From Clostridiales bacterium (GTDB lineage Bacteria; Bacillota; Clostridia; Christensenellales; Aristaeellaceae), in assembly GCA_024681215.1 (NCBI GenBank), contig JAILBG010000132.1, positions 856-64,855 of the forward strand: a stretch of 64,000 nucleotides of DNA. The letters run 5' to 3'. The position numbers and the translations under genes are program-made. The notes beneath the pieces are model-generated. The model did not search any database and was not told where the DNA came from. It worked only from the letters and a program-made list of their open reading frames with translations. Shown piece by piece: positions 10,057 through 18,639 of the stretch (positions are counted from its first letter, which is position 1; each line of letters starts with the position of its first letter).

Positions 10057-10087
10057 AACACCGTATCAACGAAGCGGGGAGGTCCTT

Positions 10088-11215
10088 ATGCAAACCACGG
10101 TCCGGCGCCTGTCCCTCCCGGATCATCGGCGCATCCTGATGCTGTCCGATCCCCACGGCCACGCGGACGGCCTGCGGGCGATCCTCAGGGAAGCGGGCTT
10201 TTCCGGGGATGACGTGCTGATCCTGCTGGGGGATTATCTGGAAAAAGGGCCCCAGAGCCTGGAAACGCTGCGGCTGGTGATGGAATTGCAGCGCACCCGC
10301 GCCGTCTATCCCCTCATGGGGAACGTGGACCTGTGGCGGCTGGAAATGCTGGAAAACGAAGATGAAGCCGCCCAGCGCGAAATGAAGGCCTATTCCCTGA
10401 AGGCGAAGGCATGGTGGGGCGGCAGCCTGCTGCACGAAATGTGCGCTGAGCTGGGCTGCCCGCTGGGGGCGGATACCGATATCTGCGCCCTGTTCCCGGA
10501 GATCCGGCGGCATTTTGCCCCGGAGATCGCCTTTCTCCGCTCCCTGCCCACCATCCTGGAGACCCAGCGCTTCATTTTCGTCCACGGCGGCGTCCCCCAC
10601 GAGGACCTTGCCGCCCTGGAGGGCACGGACGCCTATCCCCTGCTGAAATTCGACGATTTTTACAGTGCGGGCCTGTCCTTTCGCAAAACCGTGGTGGTGG
10701 GCCACTGGCCCACGGTGCTCTACAGCCCCATGAACCCGGTGTTCGATCCCATCGTGGACCGGGAGCGGCACATCATCTGCCTGGACGGGGCCTGCGGGGT
10801 AAAATCGGAAGGCCAGCTGAATCTGCTGATCCTGCCGGACCGGGAAAGCAGCGATTATTCCTTCCTCACCTGGGACGCCCTGCCCCGGATCACCGCCCTG
10901 GACGCCCAGGCCGCGTCCCCGAAGGAAAAGGCGCGCTACATCCGCTGGAACGACCATGCGGTGACGCTGCTGCAGCGGGGCAAGGAAATGAGCCGCATCC
11001 TCTACAAGGGCGAGCCCATGGACGTGCCCACCCGCTTCCTCTTCGACCACGGCGGGGTGCTCAGCTGCTCCGACGTGACGGATTACCTGCTCCCCGTTGA
11101 GCCGGGGGACGAACTGCACTTGATCCTGGCCCTGAAGCGGGGCTGCTATGTGAAAAAAGACGGCGCCGCCGGCTGGTATCTGGGCCGGTGGACGGCGGAA
11201 ACGAAAGAAGGATGA
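10088..11215 (+). CDS. Metallophosphoesterase (calcineurin-like) family protein with an extra C-terminal domain
   Basis: Motifs LMLSDPHGH, GDYLEKG, GNVD, FVHGG and VVGHWP. RBS GGGGAGG upstream of the ATG at 10088. The long upstream part of ORF 9098..11215 is antisense to the 9011..9946 gene. Confidence 0.75.
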   Translation: MQTTVRRLSLPDHRRILMLSDPHGHADGLRAILREAGFSGDDVLILLGDYLEKGPQSLETLRLVMELQRTRAVYPLMGNVDLWRLEMLENEDEAAQREMKAYSLKAKAWWGGSLLHEMCAELGCPLGADTDICALFPEIRRHFAPEIAFLRSLPTILETQRFIFVHGGVPHEDLAALEGTDAYPLLKFDDFYSAGLSFRKTVVVGHWPTVLYSPMNPVFDPIVDRERHIICLDGACGVKSEGQLNLLILPDRESSDYSFLTWDALPRITALDAQAASPKEKARYIRWNDHAVTLLQRGKEMSRILYKGEPMDVPTRFLFDHGGVLSCSDVTDYLLPVEPGDELHLILALKRGCYVKKDGAAGWYLGRWTAETKEG

Positions 11216-11218
11216 GCC

Positions 11219-12598
11219 ATGAAGCTTTGGGGCGGACGGTTCCAGAAGGAAACCAATCATCTGGTGGACGATTTTCATTCCTCCATTTCCTTTGACAAGC
11301 GCCTGTATGCCCAGGATATCCGGGGCAGCATGGCCCATGCCAAAATGCTCCGCCGCCAGGGCATCCTGAGCGCGGAGGACGAGCAGGCCATCCAGCGGGG
11401 CCTGCGGGAAATTCTTGCGGACATGGAGGCGGGAAAGATCGCTTTCCCGCCGGAGAGCGAGGACATCCACATGCTGGTGGAATCCATCCTGACCGAGCGC
11501 ATCGGCGAAGCGGGCAAGCGGCTGCACACCGGCCGCAGCCGCAACGATCAGGTGGCCACCGATATGCACCTGTACGCCAAGGATACCTGCGGCGATACGC
11601 TGGCGCTGCTGCGGGAATTGGAAGAACTGCTGCTGGAATTGGCCGAAAAGCACTGCGAAGACGTGATGCCCGGCTACACCCATCTGCAGCGCGCCCAGCC
11701 CGTGACGCTGGGGCACCACCTGATGGCGTATTTTGAAATGTTCCGGCGGGACATGATCCGCGTCCGGAATGCCCGGGCCGCCGCCGACGTCTGCCCCCTG
11801 GGCAGCGGCGCCCTGGCCGGCACCACCTATCCCCTGGATCGGGAATTCGCCGCCGGCGAGCTGGGCTTTTCCGCCGTCAGCGAAAACAGCCTGGACGGCG
11901 TCAGCGACCGGGATTTCCTGCTGGATTACCTGGCCGCCGCTGCGTTGGGCATGATGCACTTAAGCCGCTTCTGCGAGGAAATGGTGCTCTGGAGCAGCCT
12001 GGAATTCGGCTTCGTCACCATGGACGATGGCTTCGCCACCGGCTCCTCCATGATGCCGCAGAAAAAGAACCCCGACGTGGCGGAGCTGATCCGGGGCAAA
12101 ACCGGCCGGGTCTACGGGGACCTGACCGCCCTGCTCACCGCCATGAAGGGCCTGCCCCTGGCCTACAACAAGGACATGCAGGAGGACAAGGAGAGCTTCT
12201 TCGACGCCCGGGATACCTGGATCAAGTGCCTGCACGTCTTCACCGAAATGCTGCGCACGGCCGCCTTCCGCACGGACAGGATGCTCAAAAGCGCCAGCGC
12301 GGGCTTTGCCAACGCCACGGACCTGGCGGATTACCTGGTGAAAAAGGGCGTGCCCTTCCGGGACGCCCACGCCGTATCCGGCCGTCTGGTGGCCCGCTGC
12401 CTGGAAAAGGGCTGCGCCCTGGACGATCTGTCCCTGGAGGAAATGCGCCTGTTCTCCCCCGCTTTCGATCAGGACGTATACGCCGCCATTTCCCTTTCCG
12501 CCTGCGTTTCCGCCCGGGATCTCACCGGCGGCCCCGCGCCCCGTCAGGTCCGCGCCGCCGTCGTCCGGGGCCGGGAATGGCTCGCCGCTTTCCAATAA
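11219..12598 (+). CDS. argH: Argininosuccinate lyase
   Basis: N-terminus MKLWGGRFQKETN, fumarate-lyase signature GSSMMPQKKNPD. 459 aa. Confidence 0.95.
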   Translation: MKLWGGRFQKETNHLVDDFHSSISFDKRLYAQDIRGSMAHAKMLRRQGILSAEDEQAIQRGLREILADMEAGKIAFPPESEDIHMLVESILTERIGEAGKRLHTGRSRNDQVATDMHLYAKDTCGDTLALLRELEELLLELAEKHCEDVMPGYTHLQRAQPVTLGHHLMAYFEMFRRDMIRVRNARAAADVCPLGSGALAGTTYPLDREFAAGELGFSAVSENSLDGVSDRDFLLDYLAAAALGMMHLSRFCEEMVLWSSLEFGFVTMDDGFATGSSMMPQKKNPDVAELIRGKTGRVYGDLTALLTAMKGLPLAYNKDMQEDKESFFDARDTWIKCLHVFTEMLRTAAFRTDRMLKSASAGFANATDLADYLVKKGVPFRDAHAVSGRLVARCLEKGCALDDLSLEEMRLFSPAFDQDVYAAISLSACVSARDLTGGPAPRQVRAAVVRGREWLAAFQ

Positions 12599-12617
12599 TC
12601 CTCATCCCGTTCTCCTG

Positions 12618-12652
12618 CGCCGGAAGAAGCCACCCTTCTCCCGGCGTTTTTT
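12618..12652 (+). terminator. Rho-independent terminator after argH
   Basis: Stem CGCCGGAAGAAG / CTTCTCCCGGCG followed by TTTTTT. Confidence 0.6.
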
Positions 12653-12676
12653 GCTGTCCGGAAAGCCCGTCCGCAG

Positions 12677-12705
12677 TTGATTTTCCCGGCCCGGTCCTTT
12701 ATAAT
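12677..12705 (+). promoter_or_regulatory. Sigma-70/SigA-type promoter for the glycosyltransferase gene
   Basis: TTGATT-17 nt-TATAAT. Confidence 0.6.
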
Positions 12706-12758
12706 ACTTCTTGAAAAACATCCCAAAAACCGATGGAACGGCGGGGAGGGAGATGCCC

Positions 12759-13898
12759 ATGAAAATCGCCGTGGTCTGCGACGTGCTGGGAGAAGAAAAC
12801 AACGGCACCACCGTCGCCGCCATGAACCTGATCCGTTTCCTGCGCAGCCGGGGCCACGAGGTGCGCGTGGTCTGTCCGGACGAATACCGGCGGGGACAGG
12901 AAGGCTTTTTTGTGGTGCCCCAGCTCAACGTGGGACCGCTGAACGATTACGTGCGCCGGAACGGCGTATCCATCGCCGTGTCCGACGGCGCGGTGCTGCG
13001 CAGCGCCCTGGAAGACGTGGAGATCATCCACATCATGACCCCGTTTTTCCTGGGCAAGGCGGCTCTGGAATACGGCCGCAGCCACCGGATCCCCGTCACG
13101 GCGGGGTTTCACGCCCAGGCGGAAAACATCACCAACCACCTGCACCTGATGAACAGCCATCTGGTGAACAACCTGACGTACAGGGTGATGTACCGCCTGG
13201 TGTTTCAGTATGTGGACGCCATTCATTACCCCACACGGTTCATCCGGGAGGTGTTTGAAAAAGAGGTGGGCCCCACCAACGGGTATGTGATCTCCAACGG
13301 GGTGAACAGCCGGTTCGTGAAAACCGCGGTGGAGCGGCCCCCGGAATGGGAAGGGAAATACGTGATCCTCTTTACCGGCCGCTACGGGCTGGAAAAATCC
13401 CATAAAGTGCTGATCGACGCCGTAGCCGGATCCAAATACCAATCCCGGATCCAGCTGGTTTTCGCCGGGGCGGGCCCGCTGGAAAACGAGCTGCGGGCTT
13501 ACGGCGAAAAGCTGATCCATCCCCCCGTGATGCGGTTCTTTTCCCGGGAGGACATGCTCCGGGTCATCAACAGCGCGGATCTGTACGTCCATCCCGCGGA
13601 AATCGAGATCGAGGCCATCGCCTGCCTGGAGGCCATCTCCTGCGGGCTGGTGCCGGTGATCGCCGATTCCCCCCGCAGCGCCACGCGCTTTTTCGCCCTG
13701 GAGGAAAACAACCTGTTCCGCTGCAACGACAGCTCCGACCTCGCCCGGAAAATCGAATACTGGATGGAGCACCCGGAGGAAAAGGAGAAGTGCAGCCTGA
13801 AATACCAGGGCTATACCCGCCAGTTTGAGCAGCAGCGCTGCATGGAGGCCATGGAACAGATGCTGCTGGAAACCGCGGCGAAGCGCCGCCCCGCCTGA
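12759..13898 (+). CDS. GT4-type (GT-B fold) glycosyltransferase, glycolipid-synthase-like
   Basis: N-terminus MKIAVVCDVLGEENNGTT and E-x7-E region EIEAIACLEAISCG. The ATG at 12759 has better spacing to GGAGGGAG than the one at 12753. Confidence 0.8.
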   Translation: MKIAVVCDVLGEENNGTTVAAMNLIRFLRSRGHEVRVVCPDEYRRGQEGFFVVPQLNVGPLNDYVRRNGVSIAVSDGAVLRSALEDVEIIHIMTPFFLGKAALEYGRSHRIPVTAGFHAQAENITNHLHLMNSHLVNNLTYRVMYRLVFQYVDAIHYPTRFIREVFEKEVGPTNGYVISNGVNSRFVKTAVERPPEWEGKYVILFTGRYGLEKSHKVLIDAVAGSKYQSRIQLVFAGAGPLENELRAYGEKLIHPPVMRFFSREDMLRVINSADLYVHPAEIEIEAIACLEAISCGLVPVIADSPRSATRFFALEENNLFRCNDSSDLARKIEYWMEHPEEKEKCSLKYQGYTRQFEQQRCMEAMEQMLLETAAKRRPA

Positions 13899-13918
13899 TC
13901 CCGGCGCCTCCGCCCCGG

Positions 13919-13947
13919 TTGCCAATTCCTGCCGTTTCCGCTATAAT
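13919..13947 (+). promoter_or_regulatory. Sigma-70/SigA-type promoter for the giant secreted protein gene
   Basis: TTGCCA-17 nt-TATAAT. Confidence 0.6.
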
Positions 13948-14013
13948 ATGCAAGGACTAAAGTACGATTTATCCCGCTTCCGGCAATCCCCATCTTTCAA
14001 GGAGGGATCCATC

Positions 14014-17000
14014 ATGAAAAGAGCCTTATTCATCCTGCTCTCGGCCCTGCTCCTGTGCCTGCTGGCCGTCTCCGCCCCGGCGGAAAACAGCAATTTCGTC
14101 AGTTCGGGCGGCTGGTTCGCTTACAAGGACGGCTACATGTATTTCGTCGGCAAGGACTGGACCAGCAAAAACCTGAACGACGGCCGGGAAACGGGCTACC
14201 CAGATTCCGTGGAATTCTGGCGGATCGCCGATCAGCCCGGCGCGCAGAAGGAGCTGCTGGCTTCCCTGCCCGCGGCGCAGATCGGCGGAGTGGCCCTGGA
14301 TCCCGGCTATTCCCTGGTGCCGATGGACGGCGCGCTCTGGTTTGTGCGCGAGTGGCCGGGCGAGCCCCATGAATTCAAGGATCAGCTCTGCCGGCTGGAT
14401 CTTGCCTCCGGTAATGCGGAGATCCTCGAAAGGATCCTCTCCAGCCTGGCATACAGTTCAACGAATTACGTCAGCATTCCCTTCTTTCTTGACGGCGATC
14501 AAATTTACTTTCTGGCCTACTCCGGGGAAGCCATCACGCTGGATACCCGCACGAAGGAGATCAGCCCGTGGACACCGCAATTCGGTCTGGAAAGCGGAAG
14601 AAACAGAATTTCTTTTTCCCGTCGGTTCGGCCCGGGCTATATCCTGGAAATCAAGGACGGGTATTTCTACTATGTGGACACCGACCCGCTGGCGAACGAT
14701 CCGATGGACAACCGGTATTACTGCATTTTCCGCAGGCCGGTTTCCGGTGGGGACCGGGAGCTTGTGATCCCCCGCCTCGCCGATTACGGCGAAGCAGACT
14801 TCGCCTTCGTTCAGGGGGATATGATTTTCCTGTTCAACGGCGAAAAGATGTTCTGCGTGGATCTGGCGTCGAAACAGGCGGTGGATCAGGTGGCGATGGA
14901 TCAGGTCACCCATATTTCCAATCAGTACGGCGCAACGCTGAATGTGGAAGACGGAAAGGTATATTTCCTGAAAACGGACGGGCTCTACGTCAAAACCATC
15001 GGCGCGGACGACGAAACGCTGCTGATCTCCGGGGACACGGAAGGCTTTGAAGGGCTGGCGCTGGGAGAAAACTATTTTTACCTCCGCCGGAGCGACAGGG
15101 TGCTTTTCCGCGTGCCCCGTTCCGCCCGCTTCTTCCAGGAGGCGGAGATCCTTCTGAAAGAAGAGCCCGAGCCGGAGCCGCAGGAGGAAGACGGCTGGAA
15201 GTTCATCGAATATGAAAACTGCGTCACCGTGGAAGACTATGTGGGCGAGGAAAGCACTGTTCAGGCTCCGGCGGTGATCCACGGAAAGCCCGTGATCCGC
15301 GTTTCATTGGATCCCTACAGCAAAACCAACCAGGTGGTGCGGGCGCTGACGATCCCGGAGGGCGTGATCCGGCTTGGCGTGATCGGCGGGGATAACCTGA
15401 CGGATCTGTGGCTGCCCTCCTCCCTGGAGTACATGAGCAACGACGGCTATCCGCGCGTTTTTGCCACCACGGACGGCTGCGTGATCCGCTACGCGGGCAC
15501 CCGGGCAGAATGGCAGGCCCTGGACGACCGCTCCTGGTCGGACTATGCCAGCTGGAATTTCAAAGACCTCACCGGCCTGCGCGTCCTTTGCTCCGACGGC
15601 GAATGGTTCCAGCCCGGCACCACGCCTGCCCCCGCCCCCGACGAGCCGGAGGACGAATTGATCTCCGGCGACAATCCCGGGGATTACACCGAGGTCTGGG
15701 CCCACACCTGGTATCGGCCAGACGAGCCGGAAACCCAGCTGATCATCACCCCCAACGGGGACGGCATGCTGCGCATGGAAATGTACTTCTACCGCATGGT
15801 GGGCGGCATCGAGGTATATTTTGAGCCCATCGACTACGTGTGCATCCAGTTTGAGGACACCATGGGCGATTTTTCCGGCATCATGTATTTCGATCCGAAG
15901 CAGGACAATTACCTGCACCTGCTGATGGACACCTTCTCCTGGAACGAGGACGACCCGTTCCATCAGTATTTCCAGAACGAGATCCTTTTCACCGCCGACG
16001 ACATGCCGGATCTGAGCCGCTACGTCTGGGATTTCGTGGACGGCTCCGATTACGAAGAGGGGGATTGGTACGTTTCCGAAGAGGAATGTGCGCAGCTGTT
16101 TAATACCCTGAGCCGCTATCCCCTGATCGCCTGCTCCGGGGCCGGGGCGTGGGCGGGAGAACTGCACGTCCTGCCCGACGGCCGTTTCACCGGCTATTAC
16201 TACGATTCCGACGCGGACGTGGTCTACGAGGTCTCCTTCTCCGGCGAATTCATCCCCTCCGGCACCGAGCGCTGTGGAGAAAACGTTTACGGCCTGTGGG
16301 TGGAAAACCTGACGACGCAGCAAGCCCCCGGCACCGAGGCGGTCAGTACATACGGCGACCGGATCGTGTACAACGAATCGCCCATCGCCGACCGGAGCTA
16401 TCTGCGGCTGACCCTGCCGGGGGCGCCGGACGACGAGATCCCGGAATTGGTGCAGGGCGAGATCGGCGGCACATACGACGTATGGAGCGATTATTCCCGC
16501 TTCATCACCCTCACCGGCGACGACGGCTGGGGCTTCTTCGCGGACACGGAAAACCCGGAATCCCTGAATCTGGAGCCCATTCCCGCTGCCCACAGCGAAA
16601 AGCCGGCGGATGACAAGGCCACGGGCTATATGCGCTGCGAGTTTGATGAGATCACCTTTGAAGTCCCCGACGATTGGACGTTTATCGAATCAGACTTCGA
16701 TCTGCACCGCTATCTGCCTCCGTCGCCGCTGAACGAGACGGTTTACAATCAGATCATTCTTTGGAGCATGCCGGGAGAAACCTATGAGGAGATGCTGAGC
16801 AGCCTCCGGCAAGGCAGCAACAGCAGCACCCGCGCATACGCCCTGACCATTGACGGCCACAGCGCAAGGGTAATCGAGGACATTTTCGAGTTTGAAACAG
16901 GAAGAAACAGGATCGACACCCTCGTTTATCTGCGCCGGGATAACGGGACCGATCTGTACATCGAACTGTGCACAGACTCGAAATACACTTCGCAGATCGA

Positions 17001-18546
17001 CCCCATCTATTCGCATTTCCTAAGCAGCATCCGCTTTACCTCCGGCGCTGCTCCCGCCGCCCCCGCGGTCAGTTTTGACGGCTGGACGGGCGATTGGATG
17101 ACCCACGACGATTCCTACGCGGAAATGATCGTCACCGACGGCGGGAACGGCACGCTGCACGCCCAGATGATGTTCCTGCCCGCGGGGGATTCCAACGCCA
17201 CGCTGACCCCCCAGGCGGACGGCAGCATGCGCTTTGAAACCGAATACGGGAACCTGAGCGGCGTCATCGTCCGGCAGGCGGACGGCACGCTGCGCCTCAC
17301 CGTCACCGGCGGGTACACCATGGAGGACGACGAGGCCACGGAATATCAGGGCTATTTCGCCCGGGGCTTCCTGTATTATCCCGCCGAATACAAAGACATG
17401 TGGTATCAGACTCCGGAGGACGCCGCCTGCACGGAGGCGGACTGGCTGGGCAACTGGACGTCCATGACCGCCAGCGTCCCGTCCACGGTGCGCATCAGCC
17501 GGGAAAACGGGGGCCTGTTCATGAAAATCACCCTGGGCCAATACCATTTTTCCGGCCTGCTGGATCTGGCCGGCGACACCATCGCGGCGCTGTATGACGA
17601 CGATTTCAACTGCATGCTGATCCTGAACCGGAAGCTGCAGCGCATCGCCGTACTGGAGATAGGCTCCAACATCGATGCGATATACGATCTCACCGGCGGC
17701 GCCTATTACGGCGTGGTGATGTATGAGCGTGCGCCCGACGTAGTCTTCCAGATCCCGGAAAACAATATGCCCGGCGGCTGGCAGCCCGTGCCCGTCCAGC
17801 CCACCGATGAGCCGCAGTCCCTGGAAAACTCCGTTAAAATCCCCGAAGCGCTGCTGGGAGAGCAGGACGATATTCCCCCCGTCACCATCCTGCCCATCCT
17901 CCCCACCGATGAACCGCAGTCCCTGGAAAGCCCCATCAAAATCCCCGAAGCGCTGCTGGAGCAGCAGGACAATATTCCCCCCATCACCATCCTGCCCATC
18001 CTTCCCACCGAAGAACCGGAAGAAAACCGCGCCGCCCTGCTGCCCATCCAGGGCAAGCCGGGGTATATGCAGGTGCCCGTCGCCCGGGTGGACGCCACCA
18101 GCTACATCGTGGGCCAGGACCCCGATGCCTACGCGCCCTTCCGCATGACCGACGGGGACGAAACCACCGCCTTCCAGTTCTCCACCAGGACCACGCCCCT
18201 GGGCAAGGAATACCTGTACTTCGATTTCGACAGCCCCGTGGCGCTGGATGAAATGTGGATGAAAAACGGCTTCTGGCGCTACACCGACGGGAAGGACCAG
18301 TACACCCGCAACTGCCGGGTGAAAAACATGACCATTGCGCTGCGCTACGCCGACGGCGGCGATTACTGGGATCTGAAAACCGCTTCCCTCAAGGACGACG
18401 GCCGGCAGAAGGAATGGAAGGTGATCGACCTGCTGGGCAAAAACCAGGTGATCGGCGTGCGTATCCGCATCGACGCCGTTTATTCCGGCACCAAATTTCC
18501 CAACGACGTGTGCATTTCGGAAATCATGTTCGTGCAGAAGCAATAA
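14014..18546 (+). CDS. 1510-aa secreted multidomain surface or extracellular protein
   Basis: RBS AAGGAGGG, then the ATG at 14014 and signal peptide MKRALFILLSALLLCLLAVSAPA. The N-terminal region has recurring D-G-x-hydrophobic-Y-F blades (DGYMYFVG, DGYFYYVD, DGKVYFLKTDGLYV). Next comes a BspA-like leucine-rich segment ending ..IRYAGTRAEWQAL. Several W-x-x-W-led beta-rich modules follow, then two 34-aa Pro-rich tandem repeats. The C-terminus is a discoidin/F5-8-type-C-like domain (..VCISEIMFV). The ORF-track start at 13825 is an in-frame upstream extension. Confidence 0.8.
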   Translation: MKRALFILLSALLLCLLAVSAPAENSNFVSSGGWFAYKDGYMYFVGKDWTSKNLNDGRETGYPDSVEFWRIADQPGAQKELLASLPAAQIGGVALDPGYSLVPMDGALWFVREWPGEPHEFKDQLCRLDLASGNAEILERILSSLAYSSTNYVSIPFFLDGDQIYFLAYSGEAITLDTRTKEISPWTPQFGLESGRNRISFSRRFGPGYILEIKDGYFYYVDTDPLANDPMDNRYYCIFRRPVSGGDRELVIPRLADYGEADFAFVQGDMIFLFNGEKMFCVDLASKQAVDQVAMDQVTHISNQYGATLNVEDGKVYFLKTDGLYVKTIGADDETLLISGDTEGFEGLALGENYFYLRRSDRVLFRVPRSARFFQEAEILLKEEPEPEPQEEDGWKFIEYENCVTVEDYVGEESTVQAPAVIHGKPVIRVSLDPYSKTNQVVRALTIPEGVIRLGVIGGDNLTDLWLPSSLEYMSNDGYPRVFATTDGCVIRYAGTRAEWQALDDRSWSDYASWNFKDLTGLRVLCSDGEWFQPGTTPAPAPDEPEDELISGDNPGDYTEVWAHTWYRPDEPETQLIITPNGDGMLRMEMYFYRMVGGIEVYFEPIDYVCIQFEDTMGDFSGIMYFDPKQDNYLHLLMDTFSWNEDDPFHQYFQNEILFTADDMPDLSRYVWDFVDGSDYEEGDWYVSEEECAQLFNTLSRYPLIACSGAGAWAGELHVLPDGRFTGYYYDSDADVVYEVSFSGEFIPSGTERCGENVYGLWVENLTTQQAPGTEAVSTYGDRIVYNESPIADRSYLRLTLPGAPDDEIPELVQGEIGGTYDVWSDYSRFITLTGDDGWGFFADTENPESLNLEPIPAAHSEKPADDKATGYMRCEFDEITFEVPDDWTFIESDFDLHRYLPPSPLNETVYNQIILWSMPGETYEEMLSSLRQGSNSSTRAYALTIDGHSARVIEDIFEFETGRNRIDTLVYLRRDNGTDLYIELCTDSKYTSQIDPIYSHFLSSIRFTSGAAPAAPAVSFDGWTGDWMTHDDSYAEMIVTDGGNGTLHAQMMFLPAGDSNATLTPQADGSMRFETEYGNLSGVIVRQADGTLRLTVTGGYTMEDDEATEYQGYFARGFLYYPAEYKDMWYQTPEDAACTEADWLGNWTSMTASVPSTVRISRENGGLFMKITLGQYHFSGLLDLAGDTIAALYDDDFNCMLILNRKLQRIAVLEIGSNIDAIYDLTGGAYYGVVMYERAPDVVFQIPENNMPGGWQPVPVQPTDEPQSLENSVKIPEALLGEQDDIPPVTILPILPTDEPQSLESPIKIPEALLEQQDNIPPITILPILPTEEPEENRAALLPIQGKPGYMQVPVARVDATSYIVGQDPDAYAPFRMTDGDETTAFQFSTRTTPLGKEYLYFDFDSPVALDEMWMKNGFWRYTDGKDQYTRNCRVKNMTIALRYADGGDYWDLKTASLKDDGRQKEWKVIDLLGKNQVIGVRIRIDAVYSGTKFPNDVCISEIMFVQKQ
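17800..18015 (+). repeat. In-frame tandem repeat, 102 bp x 2 plus a partial third copy
   Basis: Copies at 17800..17901 and 17902..18003 encode PTDEPQSLENSVKIPEALLGEQDDIPPVTILPIL and PTDEPQSLESPIKIPEALLEQQDNIPPITILPIL. A third unit starts (PTEEPEE) and then diverges. Confidence 0.9.
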
Positions 18547-18556
18547 AGGCCCCGGC

Positions 18557-18585
18557 TTGCTTTTTCCCCCGCTATCGGATATAAT
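18557..18585 (+). promoter_or_regulatory. Sigma-70/SigA-type promoter
   Basis: TTGCTT-17 nt-TATAAT, directly after the stop of the giant ORF. Confidence 0.55.
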
Positions 18586-18639
18586 GCAGGCAGATCAGGG
18601 CATTTCCCCCGGCAGATGAAAAATCAGCGAGGTGAGCGC

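Noticed and set aside
10088-11215. A degenerate metallophosphoesterase motif III (GNVD instead of GNHD/E), which could suggest an inactive enzyme.
   Set aside because: Known active subfamilies (YfcE/MJ0936-like) also lack the His (GNCD). The other metal-ligand motifs are intact. This is not strong enough to call unusual.
13825-14013. In-frame upstream extension of the giant ORF that overlaps the end of the glycosyltransferase gene.
   Set aside because: A promoter (13919..13947), a strong RBS and a signal peptide all point to the ATG at 14014.
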